A stretch of DNA of 64,000 nucleotides from Camelus ferus (GCF_009834535.1 NC_045697.1:25794001-25858000), one strand, 5' to 3'. Positions 24,335 through 38,700 are shown, numbered from the stretch's first letter. Notes: a model not told the origin generated them from the sequence alone. Numbers and translations: made by a program.

Positions 24335-24790
24335 GCAGATCCAATATCCAGAGAAGGACTTATCACTTTTGTTGTTTTTCAGTCAGGAATGCATAACCTG
24401 AATCTAATCATGAGGAAACATTAGACAAACCCAAACTGAGAATCATTCTGTAAAATAACTGGCCTAGATTCTTCAAAAATGTCAGTGTCCTCTAAGGTAC
24501 TGGAAAACTAAGGGACTTTTCCAGATTGAAGGAGAAAAAGGAGCCTTGACAAGTAAATGCATTATGTGATCCCACACCGCACCCTTTATGGGGAAAAAAA
24601 TGCCACAAAGGACATTATTGGGACAAAAATCAGGGTATGATTCATAGAATAAAGTATCCATGTTAAATTATTTACATTTGATAACTTTATAGGTCACATA
24701 ATTTCTTATGTGAATATTCTTATTCCTAGGAAATACACATGAAAATGTTAAGGGACAAAAAGATCATTGTACATGCAAACTATTTTCAAA
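24335..24790 (+). mobile_element. L1MC4/L1ME-like 3' UTR fragment
   Basis: gcataacctgaatctaatcatgaggaaacattagacaaacccaaactgag...ccagattgaaggaga. Confidence 0.75.
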
Positions 24791-24824
24791 TGCGCCTCTT
24801 TTTTTGTCACACATCTGAAATACA

Positions 24825-24955
24825 TTGTTTTATTTTTAACTTTTTATTTTAAAGAATTTCAAATTCCCCAAAAAGTTACAAGAATAATACAGAGGTCTTC
24901 TGTACCTCCTTTGCACAGATACATTCATTGTGAACATTTTGCCACATCTTTTGTC
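24825..24955 (-). mobile_element. Old L1 (L1MC-type) extreme 3' end
   Basis: ttttattttaaagaatttcaaa...aaagttacaagaataataca...aacattttgccaca. Confidence 0.55.
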
Positions 24956-27413
24956 ATCCCGCCTCTCAGTGATACCTAATATAATATATATGTTTATGTG
25001 TATGCATTTGTGGGCATATATATTATACATATACAGAGGTACATATATATACATACATACCTGGGAGAACATCTTGAAAGACGATGCTCAACTCCCTTCT
25101 TTTGACCTTGTGGAAAATATTTAACAAAAACATAAAATAAATTGCATATGGTTATTTACCCACTGAGAAAATGAAAGACATATGAGCCTAGTAAATATCT
25201 ATCTGTTTGCAATGTAATCTGCCTCCACATAAAATTAGAAGAGAAAATTGAGTGTATTGGTAACTGCATTTGCATGGTCAATTATACTTGCTTTACTAAA
25301 GTGAATACTGCTGAACTTGTTAAGAGAAGAAAAAAAAAACTACCTAAGCTATAATGATAAAGCTGTTTATAAGTCCTTCCAGCTGGGTAAAATATTCACT
25401 GTTAGACAGGGGCCTCAGGTGCCCTTTCTTTGGGAAATAAAGAACAAAACTGATAAAAAGATTGTCCATCCTCAGCAGTGCCCAAATGTTGATGATCATG
25501 TTGTTTCTAACTAAATATTTTTTTTTCTGTTTTTCATATCCTGCTTCGAATCATTCCATTGGAATCCAGCTGAGCTCAGTCAGGCTTGCAAGGTTGAATG
25601 TGCCTGCCAGGCAGGCTTAACTATTTCTTAGATGCTTAGAGGATACTGGAAAGGTTATTGTATTAAAATTGTTGATGTATATGAAGTAAGACTGTCCTTT
25701 CTCAGGTGTAAGCCAGCATGTGGTGTTTCTGAAGATGAAACGATCTGGCAGTAATTATAAATGCTGAAGCTGTCATTCTTCTAAGCTAGCTGTCAAGCAC
25801 ACTGCCAGAATGAGTCACCTAGTGAATTTTACTGAATACCTTAAATAGTGATGTATTTTCAAGTTAAGGAAAACATACAAGACAAACAGACCCATGTTTT
25901 AACTGCTAAAATCTAAGTTTTTTTTTTACTAACAATTAAATCATTGAAATAGGAGTTAAATCAAATCTACTATCTTTGACTACCTGCTAAAATCTAATTC
26001 TGCCTCTTACCAAAGAGGCCATGACTGTGTTTATCAAATGGTGGTATCCTTACTCCTAAGAGTAACAATGCTGGGCCATGGGGCAGTCAAACATTTAGAG
26101 GAATGTGTCATTTTTCTCAATTTGCAATGTAAAGAAATCCAAGACAATATTTAAAAGATAAAATCAATAAATTAGAGTGAAATGCAAAATGTGTATACAT
26201 TTTTATACTTTTTTTTTTTTTACACATGATAACTCTCCTACTGTAGAGTTTGTTGATCCCAAACAACAAAATCCAATTGCAGATAATTTCAGGAGAAAAA
26301 AAAAGAAACTTACAGAATAAGACACAGTAACTCACAGAACTAAAGGAGGAGAGGAAATAAGGGGGAAAGGGGGCCTAAGAAGACAACTGGGAACCAGAAC
26401 TCAAAATAGTAGAAACTAATGTTCTCTCTAGTATCCTTTTATCTGAACGACAAAGCTGAGTTTATTTAGGGTAGAAAAGAAGAGATAACATGGACAGGTT
26501 GGCTGTCTTCAACAAAAGACATTAGGTCAGTGAGCAATAAGACTCTTTCTAGATTCAAAAGGAAGAACAGAACTTAGAGTGGAATTTTTATCTAATGAAA
26601 TGACCAAAAGACAGTAAGTAACAATTAGAACCACTCTGAAGAGAGGTCAAGACACCATTCATAGAGGTGACTCCAAAGAGCAACTGGTTGACCACCATGT
26701 GGCCAGGCATTTGACAAAGGTAATTTCCAACTTGTTTGAATGTTTATCAGGTGATTTCCAAGATCCTTCCCAGTTTAAGATTATATGATTTCCTCTTGAT
26801 GCTGATACAATCTTCTGTATCAAAAATATTTTGCCCGGGGAAATTATGTCCAAAGCCCAGTATAGCCTCTTCAGAAAGTTGTAGAGAGTGTCTCTTATTT
26901 CAAAAGATACTATGCTAGCATTCAAAAAATTACCAGTAACTTTCAAAATGCCCAAGTTAATCTAGAATTTGTCCATTTAAAACCAGAAGTAGGGCATATT
27001 TTATTAGCTTGTCTTTTTCATCTAACTCTTTTGCTTGTTAATATTCATCTCCAACTTGCAGAAGATCTGGGTACAGAGGCTTGAAACTATGGACTCAGGT
27101 TGTTACAACTATATATTGACTATACATCATCAAAATAAATCTCTAATAATATGAATATTTCCTAATCAAATGATTTTTGCCTATAACCTGATGGATTCTC
27201 AGAAGTAGTTTTAATATAGGTCCACCCGCTTTCTGAAAAAGCATTTATAATTTCACCTTTTTGCAGGTGGTATGCAAAATACACTTCCAGTGAGAAAATA
27301 CAAAACCATCAAAAAGCTCCTGAACTTGTCTCTGGCAAAATAAATATCAGCATTTCTTGTTTGTAGCTTAGTGGTTTACATTATTTACAAACAAAATCTC
27401 AACGGTTTGTGCC

Positions 27414-27415
<2 letters not shown>

Positions 27416-27447
<32 letters not shown>
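27416..27447. repeat. (CA)n microsatellite
   Basis: Seen directly. Confidence 0.95.
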
Positions 27448-27448
<1 letters not shown>

Positions 27449-28584
27449 ACACCACAATCTAATATACTGAGTGATTAAATTTGAGTTTTTACTGAAGATC
27501 AAATAGAAATCAAGATTTAAATCATAACATAAAATTAATGAAGATCTTGAAGTTTCCAGTTTCTTGGTAGAAAGAAAACAAACAATTAAAAAGTAAAGGC
27601 AATGTTGACCTTAATGTTTTTTATTTTAAAAGAAAAATGTAGCCAGGTTGGTAGAAATAATAAAAGGAGGAAAGGGTGTAAAATCCGTTAGACATTTTCT
27701 CAGAAGAGGTGGCAAGATTTCTTTGAAAAAATTAAACTCCAGCAGAGTATGGGATATTTTCTTTATTTTTAGTTCAAAATCTGTTACGAAGAAAGAGTTC
27801 CAGGGAAGAGAAGTATAAATGGCAGCACCAGGCCTCCAAAACTCCCCAGACGCCTCACACCTCCCGGGGATGCAGTTGTCTCTCCCGCCCACAGAGCTCA
27901 ATCACTCCTGCAGCCCCCGTTTTCAGCCATCTGAGGACAACTCATCAATATCACTGATAGCAAACCCAATCTGTGTTCTGGTGGGAAAGTTAACAGTGAA
28001 CGTATCCAAAATACCATTTATCCCAGAAGACACACTGATGTCCCGGAATTAAGAAATATGGTTTCTTCTCATATTACAACCATTGTGAATAATTGTTGAC
28101 TCCTCTGCAATTTGAATGATGAATTAACAGAAACTATGAGAAGGCATCTAGAGGTTGTACAAGTACATGAAGCACCGTAACATGTTCCTCAAATCAACCC
28201 CATGTGTTATTAATCAAATCTTTTTATCCCTGTATGCTCTCTCTATAGATAATAATAGTATATAATATTCATTATGTAACAACATAAAATACATAACACA
28301 ATATATAATAGTAATATAAGGTATATTAATCAAATTGAATATTAGGATTATATTGATCCTTTAATCTGATATTATCTCAGAGCTTTGAGAAAATGAAATT
28401 AAAAGAGTACAGAAAAGTATTTTGGAAGAGAAGCAAAACAATCTTGTGTCATTTTATCTTAAATCACTACTTCACTATGAAAAATAATGATGAATTGGAA
28501 CATAAAATATTATGTTCATTTTGTGCTATTGCTCATATAGATATTAATAAAGTAATACATTGAGCCCAGCACGGTGAACCACAC

Positions 28585-28790
28585 AGAGAAGAAGTTAAGA
28601 ACATGGACTCTGGAGCCATATTAACTAGATTTTAAATCCTGGATTTAATAAGCATTGAGTTGTTTATTTCTAAGCAAGCTTTGGCAAATTACTTACTTCA
28701 AATGTCCAATTTGTAAAAATGGAATGATAATAGTAGTGATATTGCTAAGATTATTATAAAATTGCAATAAGTAAATATATGCACAACAAG
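28585..28790 (+). mobile_element. MIR SINE
   Basis: gttaagaacatggactctggagcca...ttaaatcctgg...ggcaaattactt...tgtaaaaatggaatgataatagta. Confidence 0.65.
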
Positions 28791-30199
28791 TATGTTATAA
28801 TGGAAAAAAAAGTTTGCTTTTAATTTGTATGTCTGCACATATCCTCAGACACAAACATGCTCTTTCCCAAACATATATACACACATATCAAATAAAAGTG
28901 CTCTGAGGGTTATTTGGAAATGAAGAGTTATCGTGAAGAGCATTGCTTCTGGAAGCAGAGGCTTGGGGTTCATTTACCAGAACCAGCAGAAACCATTGTA
29001 GTGCAGTTTGTGGTTTTTTGACACGCTCCTTTCCCAATATTTTTGCAGCCAGTTTCTCTATGTTCCAGAACTAAAGCATTGACAAGCTTCGAAGATTACA
29101 AATAAATCTCTTCAGTTTACTCTGGATCCTGTATTGTACTCTTAATCAGAGCGCCCCTTTTTAATGTGTCCGTGTCTGTCTTAAATACTAGAGACGTAAA
29201 GTAATGCTTTAGGAATTTATTTAACACAGTTGTAGAAGTTTCATTTTAAAAATCCATACAGGAAATAATGAGGTGAGACCATTGAAATTAAGCCATTTTA
29301 ATCTGTAGATCACACTAAATTGGATTTGAATTCCCAGAATATATCAGGGCTGCAGTCGTTAGAAGTCTCTGTGCTGAAATACAAAAATAGAACATGCGGA
29401 GGTTTTTTTCCCCCCTCCCACTTTTTAAGTCTAGATTAAAGTTGTTAATGTAAGGGAAAAAAACACCAGTGATTACTGTTAAATGTCAATATTTCCCAAT
29501 ATTCTTCCCATTTTCATTCTTCTCCTATATACGTGCTTTTTCAAGTGTGTGTTCACACACAAGCACACAAAGCTATTGGTGTCAGGGCACATATTATATT
29601 GAGAAAATATCAGATCTGTTGAATTTAAAGATATAGCCCAGGGGAAATTTAGATTTTTCTTCAGGAAGACACTTCTCTTTCTGGCTTTCATTTTCTCAAA
29701 GATATTTAATATACTGAAGAGATATTTAAACATTTAATATATTGAGACCATAATGAAGAGTGTTTCCCATGAGAAAAGGGAGAGGAAAGTCAAGAAAAAA
29801 GAATGGTTAGAAAAGCAATGTGGCTGAGATGCAAAGAGATGAGGAAGAGAAGGAAGTTGGTGTGTTTTATGATCAACGATGGTCTGTGCCCTACGCCCTG
29901 TATCCTGCCTCTGACAAGGTGTAGGAGGGACAGCAATGCATCTGAAAGAAAGGGCTGGATCGAGGGTATGCAGACTACCAGCCTTCCCAAGACTTCTGTG
30001 CCCCAAGGTGAACAGAAGCAGCAGAATGGCGTCCTTCCAATGCTCCCTACAGAACAGAAGAGTGGGCTTCTCAAAGGGAATAAGCCATCCATGAGAGATC
30101 TTCTCCATGCTTTGGCTCTCAGTCATGGGATGATTTTATCTAACACTAAGGGATAGAAACCACAATAAAGATTTCCTTTCTGTGTCTCTCAAAGGGTCT

Positions 30200-31268
30200 A
30201 AAAGCAAACACACCCCAGTAGCCATGAGCACACCTGGTCCCCAGACCTTGATTTTAATAGCATCCTCCAGTAAAAGGAATCAGGGCTCCTTGGAGAAATG
30301 GCTGATTCCAGGACTGGGGTAGAAAATGTAGAAGATGAACCTGGAGAATCTGTAGTGCCAGAAAGAAAGCCGTCAGAAATAAATAAACAAAAACCACAAT
30401 GCTGGGGGGTTTTCAAAAGGACACAGGAGATAATGGAAGGAGCTCTGAACAGCCAGAACTGGAATAATACCAACAACAAAATAAACAAGGTCGAATTGGA
30501 TTATAACCCAAAGGATAAGGCAAATATACCACTTGTCATAGTTATTAGAATAAATACTTGTATAAATATATAGGAGTGAAATCGACAAATATTACATACA
30601 GAAAAATTCCAAATAATTTGTGTAGATACTCCTCCCTCCAGGAGGCAGAGCACACTTCCACTTCTTTCCTGCGAGTTGTGTACAGTGACTTCCTTCCAAA
30701 GAGTAAAGTACGAAAAGGGACAACAAGAAAGGGCAAATTTACAGTGGACAAAGCGGACGCTACTTCAAGCCAGGTGATCAAGGTTAACATCAGCAGTGAT
30801 AAATTATATTGGTAGCATGTGCTTCTGATACCAAGCGATAAGAAAGGCAGTTTGGTATTCCCCCCCAACACACAGCGCCCCAGTCTACTCATGAAAAACA
30901 TGACACCGATTCCAGCTGAGGGGCATTCTACAAAATGCCTCACCAGTGCTACTCAAAACCGTCAGTCATCAAAAACAAGGCAAGTCTGAGAAACTGTCAC
31001 AGTAATGGGGAGCTTAAGGGGCCCTGAGGAACAAGTGTAATGTATCCTGAATGGGTTCCTGGAACAGAAAGGTAGAAACCAAGGAAATCTGAATAGAGTA
31101 TGGACTTGAGTTCATAATGATGTATTAGATTGGTTCATTGTAACAAATATTCCATGGTGATATAAGATGCTAATAATATTAAATGTGGGGTGTGAAGTCC
31201 TCACTATACTCTCTTCACGATGGTTCTACAAATGTAAAAATGTTCTGAAAGTAAAAGTTAATTTAAAA
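30200..31268 (+). mobile_element. L1MC/L1MD-type 3' UTR
   Basis: cagtagccatgagcacacct, aaggaatcagggctccttggagaaatggctgattccagg, gtgacttccttccaaagagta, gccaggtgatcaaggttaacatca, aagtctgagaaactgtcacag. Confidence 0.85.
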
Positions 31269-31369
31269 TTTGTATTTAGACATATAAGCACAATGTGTAC
31301 ATATATGTATGTATATGAAGTATGTATATATGTATGTATATGTATGTGTGTATGTATATGAAGACCCCA

Positions 31370-31700
31370 CGTATCTTTCCAGGCTCATATCTTGCCAATT
31401 TCTCTCTGCACACAACAACTTTCAAAAACACCAAACAAACTTCTAACAGTTCCTCCAACACCAAGCACTTCCTTTTTCTTCTGTGCTGACTCTGTGATCC
31501 CTTTCCTCTACATTCTTCCCTTATGACTAGTTCACACTTATCCTTGGGAATATTACACATTTCCAAGAAGTCTGCTCTAAATCTAAACCAAATTAGGAGC
31601 CCCTCCTAAATATTCGGGCACCCTACGCTTCTGTCAAACAATTAATCTCTTTAACTTTTATGTCCCCAGTAGAGTAAGAGTTCTACATAAGGGGGTGGGA
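31370..31700 (+). mobile_element. L2 LINE fragment, diverged
   Basis: Pyrimidine-rich, L2-like 3' region (cagttcctccaacaccaagcact...). Weak match. Confidence 0.4.
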
Positions 31701-33350
31701 CCCCAGCTTTTTGCTAGAAACACACCACATCCATCTCACCAACCACGTCTCTTGCCACATCCCATGTCATCATTTAACCTTTTAGTTAGTAATTAGGAAG
31801 AACTAAAAGATGGGCACACATACACGGGCCTTTCCACCTTAACTTATTTATTCTTCAATTCTCAGGCTAGGGATCCATATACTCCAAGATTTCCTTGAAT
31901 TTATGGGAATTTTAAGCGATTCCTCAGCAATTCTCTTGAATGGGAAATAATATTTTTGTTTCTCTCTCCCACCAGTCTGGAAGTGTCATTCATTTTTGTA
32001 CCCTTCTAATTAAAAATAAGTTCTGATAGATAATAGACTGTCAAGAGATGATAAACTGGCCTGAACGGAACTGACCAACAGTTTTGTTTCTGGCAGAAGC
32101 ACATTTAGATTAGAGGATCTTTTTTTCCCAAAGGGAAGGAATCCATTTGGAGACAGGGAGTCAAATTAATTCAAAGAAGTGGCAGCAAATGCCCCTGACA
32201 ATCTGACTTTATTATTAAAAGGGCTTACCATCTATAACTAAGTGCTCTTACTCTTGGTTTTTAAAAGTCAAGTATTACTATTCTAAAACTAAAATGAGAA
32301 AGAGATTTTCAATAAAGAATCATTTCAAGGTAACTCACAGAAACAATTCTTCTATTCTCCTCCCTTTCAAAATATTAACATTTCTAAAGCATAAATTATA
32401 ATTATGTATGAAAATAATATAAATGCCAATTCCTAACATAGTCTATTTTGACTTAGAAATGTATGGATATTATACTTTTAAAAATTATTATTTTACCTTT
32501 GACTCCAAATATTGTAGAATGTCCTGATCTATTTGTCCTTAGCACATTTCTTTCCCATACTTCTTATTTGTTCCCAGAGAAGATATAAAAAAAAAAAGTG
32601 CCCTGTTTCAACATGCTAAATAAAACTTTAAGACCCTACAAACTTCAGGCTTATGTAATGTTAATGCACTTCTATTTTATTTTCCAATATACTTTGGATT
32701 AAATATTAATTTTGAGGAAAAGTTACCAATGTAACATAAAATATAGCTTTTAAAAAATAAAAGCATCAACAATGACTAAAGAAAGCTGGAGATTGTGCCA
32801 AAAAGAGATTTTAATAACAGTGTCATGGTCACAGAAGCCTACTGTTTAAAAATTAATTTTTAGTTTGAAAGCATTACTGGCAGCACCAAGAGTGCACAAA
32901 ACATATTCTCTCATTACCAGAGCTGCTCCTTGGAGCAGAAGTGCCAAATGCTCCAAGGTAAGGACAAAGAATACTTCGAACCCTACAAGAAATGTGACAA
33001 TAACAAAGTGTACACAATTGTTTCCAAGTCCTATTTTCTTAAGCAAAAATGTTTATGAAAATTTTAAAAAATGAACTGAACATTTGCTCATCCTATAAAT
33101 AAGCAAAAGATGTCTTGAGGTCCATTTTTTGGTACCTTCATTTGAATAACTAAATTTTTCTAGAGAGGGAGAAAGAAACGACCTTCAGAAAATTGTCTCT
33201 CAAACCATTCGCACCTTCATTCAACATTAACTAAGAACAAGGTGTGAACCAGGGATCAGGTGAGGTGGTGCGTACAGCGCAGTCATTAGCCCCTAAAAGC
33301 CCTCAGTGTAATGGGGGACCAGTCAAGAAGACAACCAGAACTCAGCTATA

Positions 33351-34034
33351 CATTAACTCCCTCCCCTTATCCACGGTTTTGTTTTCCAAGCTTTCAGTTA
33401 CCCAAGGTCAACTGTGGTCCAAAAATATTAAATGGAAAATTCCAGAAATAAGCAATTCACAAGTTTTAAACTTTAGGCTGTTCTGAGTAGCATAACAAAA
33501 TCTCACACCCTCTTAATCCTTCCTGCCTGGGACATGAGTCATTCTTTTGTCCAGCATATTTCACCCTTAGTCATTTAGTAGCCACCTCGTTATCAGCTTA
33601 GCTGTCACCCTCAACAGTGCTTGTATTCAAATCACCCTTCTTCTACTTAGTAAAGGCCCCAGAGAGCAGTGATACTTGCAATTCGGATATGCCAAAGACA
33701 AGCCAGAAAGTGCTTCCTTTAAGCGAAAAGGTAAAAGTTTTCAAGCTAATAATGAAAGAAAAAAAATTGTGTACTGGGGTTGCTAAGATCTACAGTAAGA
33801 ACAAATCTTTCATCCATGAAATTGTGAAGAAGGAAAAAGAAATCTGCGTTAGTTTTGCTGTTGTGCCTTAAACAGCAAAAGTATGGCCACAATGCATGAT
33901 AAGTGCTTGGTCAAGATGGAAAAGGCATTAAATTTATACAATAAGACATGTTGGGAGAGAGAGACCACATTCATATAACTTTTGTTATAGGATATTGTTA
34001 TAATTGTTATATATAATATATAAATGTATAAATT

Positions 34035-34067
<33 letters not shown>

Positions 34068-34150
34068 GTGTAGGGTTTGATACTATCTGTGATTTCAGGC
34101 ATCCACTGCGGGTCTTGCAAGTATCCTGTGCAAATAAGGAGGAACTACTG
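33351..34150 (+). mobile_element. MER44 (Tigger7-derived, TcMar) non-autonomous DNA transposon with transposase N-terminal remnant
   Basis: Degenerate TIRs ta|cattaactccctccccttatcc ... aaataaggaggaactactg. ORF 33617-33871 contains MPKTSQKVLPLSEKVKVFKLIMKEKK..VAKIYSKNKSFIHEIVKKEKEI, a CENP-B/psq-type HTH start. Confidence 0.88.
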
Positions 34151-34549
34151 TCCAGACAAGGCAAGCTGCAAAGCCAGTTCAGATGGTCCTCTACAGAGGT
34201 AGTGGTTTACCCCAGAGCTGTGACAAATAGTATCTATGTAGGAATATAAAGCATTTAGCATTTCCACTAAATGTGTATAGTTGTGCTTAAAAAGTATCTG
34301 AGATATACTTTCCTAAAAATTGTGAAAAGCTTTGAAATGTAGTGGTTGTCCTAAACAGCTTATTCATCCAGGTTATCATCTTCATTTGTCTCTGACTAGG
34401 CTCTTTTACTACTCTGCACAGATAGAAGTTAACTTATTGTGAACTGATCCTGATGCCAATAATTCTTATCCAGATAAAGGCAAATTATGTCTACTGAAAT
34501 GCAATTGATTATGGGCGTATAGATTGTCAAGAGTTCTGCCAGTTCTGTG

Positions 34550-34664
34550 ATACCCTTAAGGAAGATGTATCAGTTGTACTATCTTCCTAACTCCAAGGAA
34601 GGAATGAGTGGCATTAAGAATACCATCTAGATGCTTAATATGCATGCCTATTGGTAAACATAAT
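34550..34664 (+). repeat. Dispersed direct duplication, copy A
   Basis: Aligns to 35650-35762. By eye, the ~100-bp core has 8 substitutions and 2 small indels. Confidence 0.9.
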
Positions 34665-35649
34665 TTATTTGTAAATGTATTTTCAGCATCCCTTATCTGA
34701 CTATAAATGTGGGGCTCTTTGAGTTACCTTTTGAACCACTGGTTTTCCCACTAAATAATAAGTCAAATAAATTCTTTGACATGTGTTCACTTTATATCTG
34801 TAGGAGAGTCATGATTTTATCCCTTAAAAAATTATCCTTTAACAAGTGAATAAAAGAATCTTAAATCAGTTAGAGTCTTTCTGTCTACTGGTGTTATTTA
34901 TACTTTTAAGAGTGATTTAGAATCTGCACAAGTTTCATAGGCTGTTATCAATGGTACTTTTCAGCATTTTCTCCTTCAGAAACCAAGAATGATAAGCTGA
35001 AGCCATGGATTCCAGGAGAAGTATGCCCCAACAAGAAGAGAAATGTGAAAAAACATCACATGGTAAATATTTAAGGAGACAGTCCATGATTACTGGCAGC
35101 ATTTATCCTGACCAATGTGATCAAGAAATGTGTACACTCTGAAGGATGTGAAGCATCCTTTTGTAACCACTCTGCAATGTTGTGTGACGTGGCCATAAGT
35201 CATGGTGCCAAGTAATGTATCTCCATTTGTTTTCAGAGCAATGATACTTCCTCAAATAAATTAAAAGTCCATGGATTAAACTAAATCATTCTGTATCTTA
35301 AAAATCAAAGCAGTCCTAAAATGGAAAGAAATATAGGCTTTACATGTTTCTTGAGTTAAATGAAATGTACTAATTTGCCAGCTTGTTCTGCAATATGGTT
35401 CAAAATAGATATAGATATGTGCCAATATAGAGATATATGCAACAGTAACTTAAAAATGGAAATTTCAGAAAACACATTAGCAAGTTATTCCCAAAGTCGT
35501 CTAGAGGTAACAAAGTATATGGACAGGAATGGTAGAGGACTTTTAAACCCCGTGCCACATCAAGAATATAATAAATAGTCAGGAGATCAGACAGCAAAAG
35601 AAAGCAATGCTGGGGAAGGTTCTTTGGAGAGAGATGTGCTGGGAGATGC

Positions 35650-35762
35650 ATATCCCCAAGAAGGATGCATCAGCTGTACTCTCTTCCTAACTCCAAGGAA
35701 GGAATAAGTGTTAAGGATACCACCTAGAATGCTTAATATGCATGCCTATCGGTAAACCTAAT
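35650..35762 (+). repeat. Dispersed direct duplication, copy B
   Basis: Shares tcttcctaactccaaggaaggaat and atgcttaatatgcatgcctat exactly with copy A. Confidence 0.9.
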
Positions 35763-38700
35763 GCACTTTTGTCTGCCACCTACCTGGGAAACTAGGCAAA
35801 ATATGGGATTACTGGCTACTTTGATGGCAAAGCAAAAGACAAATTTCTCAATTTGTGACCATCCACACTCTCAAAATTTCTCCCAAAGTTTTGTGAAGAG
35901 AAGAATGCCATCACTCTTTCTGTAGATAAGATGTGGGAGATAAGAGAATCCACATGAACTCATCTTGGGTCCTATCCAAAAGGGTTACCAGGAAGGTGGA
36001 ACTGGTCTCGTAAGAATGAAACCAGAATACACGTATTTTCAAATAAGGATACATGTGATCCTGATAAACCTGCAAAAATAACCTGAGTTTATGGAATAAC
36101 ATTAGGGACAGACCAGTCAAAACCTATGCAACTTATTAATCTTACTTTTAAAAATTCATACACACACACACAGCTCCAAGAGCTGGGTAATTCTAACATG
36201 TCAAAAGACATATTAGATCGTGGACAAATAAATACTATAGTAAATGAGGGATTTTATCTTAAAAATAAAGGTATCTCAATGGAAGGGCACATAGGGAAGT
36301 TTTGTTGCTGCTAAGTTATGGAGAAAAGGGTAAAGTAAACACAGAACAGAGAGAATAATGCAATAAGCACTTTGTAGGCAGAACATATGGTCAACCTAGG
36401 CCAAGAGGGAAGAAGCAAGGTGACTGGGCACCAGGCCCAGGAGTGCACAGTTCCGTAGCTTGCTGTGATTGACTTTATTAGTATTCTTTGCATTCAACTG
36501 CAGGTACTGGTGGTCCAAAATATTAACATGCTACTAAACAAAACTGCATGTGACCCCCCTGAGACTTCTGTGTTATATTGATATCGTTCTGCTGTTTACC
36601 AGTCATGTATAACCTAATACATGTTACAGAATCATTCTTGTTAGCAGAACAGACCACATCCACAGAGAACTGTGGGAGGCATGAGCAGCCAGCAGGAACA
36701 GAAAGTATTGGCCATTATCCCTGCAACTACAGAGGAGAGATGTTCGGCCACAGTGGTGGGGAGGGGGTTGATGTTGAGCAGGGGGAATTCAAAGAGCTCA
36801 CAACAGCTCTCAAGAGAGAGTGTTGAACCTCCCAGGTCTAGAGAGCTCAGTATCAGCTCAAAAAAGGAGCAGTAATGTCCTCTGGCTCTCCCCATCTCAT
36901 AAATTAAAGGAAGTCAAGGCTAAAAGGGGCCTCCGAGGGGAACTAGCCCCATACCTTTATTTTATAGAAAAGGAAAGTCTAACCCAGAGATACGCCAGGA
37001 CTCGCCATGTCAACAGGAACAGAGTGGCAGAGTAAGGATTAGGGCTCACTCTCCCTACTCTGAAACAGGTAACCCAGTCATCAACACTTTTGCTGATCCA
37101 TTATCTCAATACACATTGAGTGTCTAATGTTTAGAAGAAACTGCGCTAATACGTTGTGGAATATATGAGGACAAATCATGTCTAGTACAGAAATTGATAC
37201 AACTTCACTGAATCTAATACCAGGTAAAAAATGCTAAGGATCTTAAGAGGAGTGACTATAGGGGTCTTAAGAAGAGGGAAAAATAGAGAATGATAAAGGC
37301 ACAGAGGAAGAAACCCGTTGAAAAACTGAAAAACTATACAAACTGAAAATATAGTAGGCTCCATAAAGCATACATCTAAATGAAAAAGAACAGACTAGAT
37401 TCCTCCAGACATGCAGCATACTCTCTGTCCCTTAAAGTGCATATATACTATGTATAGTAAAACTATATTATCCTTTTTTTGGCCAAACCTTAACTAGAGA
37501 TCTGAGTCTATCTTCCAATCAGGGTTTCTAGGACACCAACCACACTTGACTATGTGGTGGGAGGTAACATCCCTCTTTTGCAGTTGAAGTCTAACCTTTA
37601 AGCCTCTCTACTTCATCTCCATAGAAATTAAACCAATTAGGCTGAAATGCCATAAGGATGAATCTGGATTCCCTACAAACCACAAAATGCAGCACATCAG
37701 TGTCTATATTGTGAAACTTGGAAGTATGACTTTGGTGACAAGATTATCTATCAGAACTACAAAAAGCAATATAGAAAGATAAATAGAAACGCTCTTCCAG
37801 AATATATATGCAGCTGGAAATTAACTTTGAGTTGGCAAAAACTCAATTTCTCTACTAGACATGATTTATCTTCATATATTCATATATTCCACAAAAAACA
37901 ACTACAAACTTTTGCTTCTTCATGCTAAAGAATTCTTTGTAAAATGCTACTTCAGAAAAACATATTTCATGGCTTTATTAACATAAGAATGGGTATTGAA
38001 TGGAGAAGCAGTGAAGAAATCTTTTAATAATCCTCATATACTTAGGGAAAGTTCAAATAGTCCAGATTTAGACCAAAACTCTATGTTCCTGGAATTCTGT
38101 GATGGTTTTCTGAAATTCTATGATGGGTTCTCTTAAATACTTTAATTCTGAAGTAGACTTATTTTAAGTCTAGAAATAAATTCATAACCTCTTTGTCTAA
38201 TTAAAATTATTTATAGCATTTAAATAGCTACTATTTCCAAGTAATAATTTTTTATTTGATAGTGCACTCACTCAAATTTTAAAATATTTGTTTCTAGGAA
38301 TAGATATTCACTGTTGTAAAAGTTCTCCCACACTCCTCCTCTTCCCTTCAGCCTACATTTTTTACACTTATTTGGCTTATGTTCACATTTGACTCTCTGG
38401 CATTTAGAAAAACATCTCTCCCACTGGCTCTGAAAATGTAATATTTTAAATGTGCGATGTTTGTCCACAGTTGGCTAGTTTATCATTTCGTGCTTATATG
38501 ATTTTCTTTCAGCTAATGATACCCTGTCTTTCTACTACCTTTGGCAAAATAAAAGAAAAACCAATTCAGGCACATCACTCAATAAAACTCAGTGTGTACA
38601 GCAGCCTTTTTCGCAATTTGAATCAGTGATGATTAATAGCTGTCTAATTCTTTCCTTGATTTTACAATTAATTGTTGAAACTTAACCATTTAAATTTTTT

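Noticed and set aside
34980..35062. Plus-strand exon-like unit (ttttctccttcag|...ATG|gtaaat, 83 nt, one open frame TKNDKLKPWIPGEVCPNKKRNVKKHHM)
   Set aside because: The donor is mediocre, there is no recognisable homology and no convincing partner exons. Not distinguishable from a pseudo-exon.
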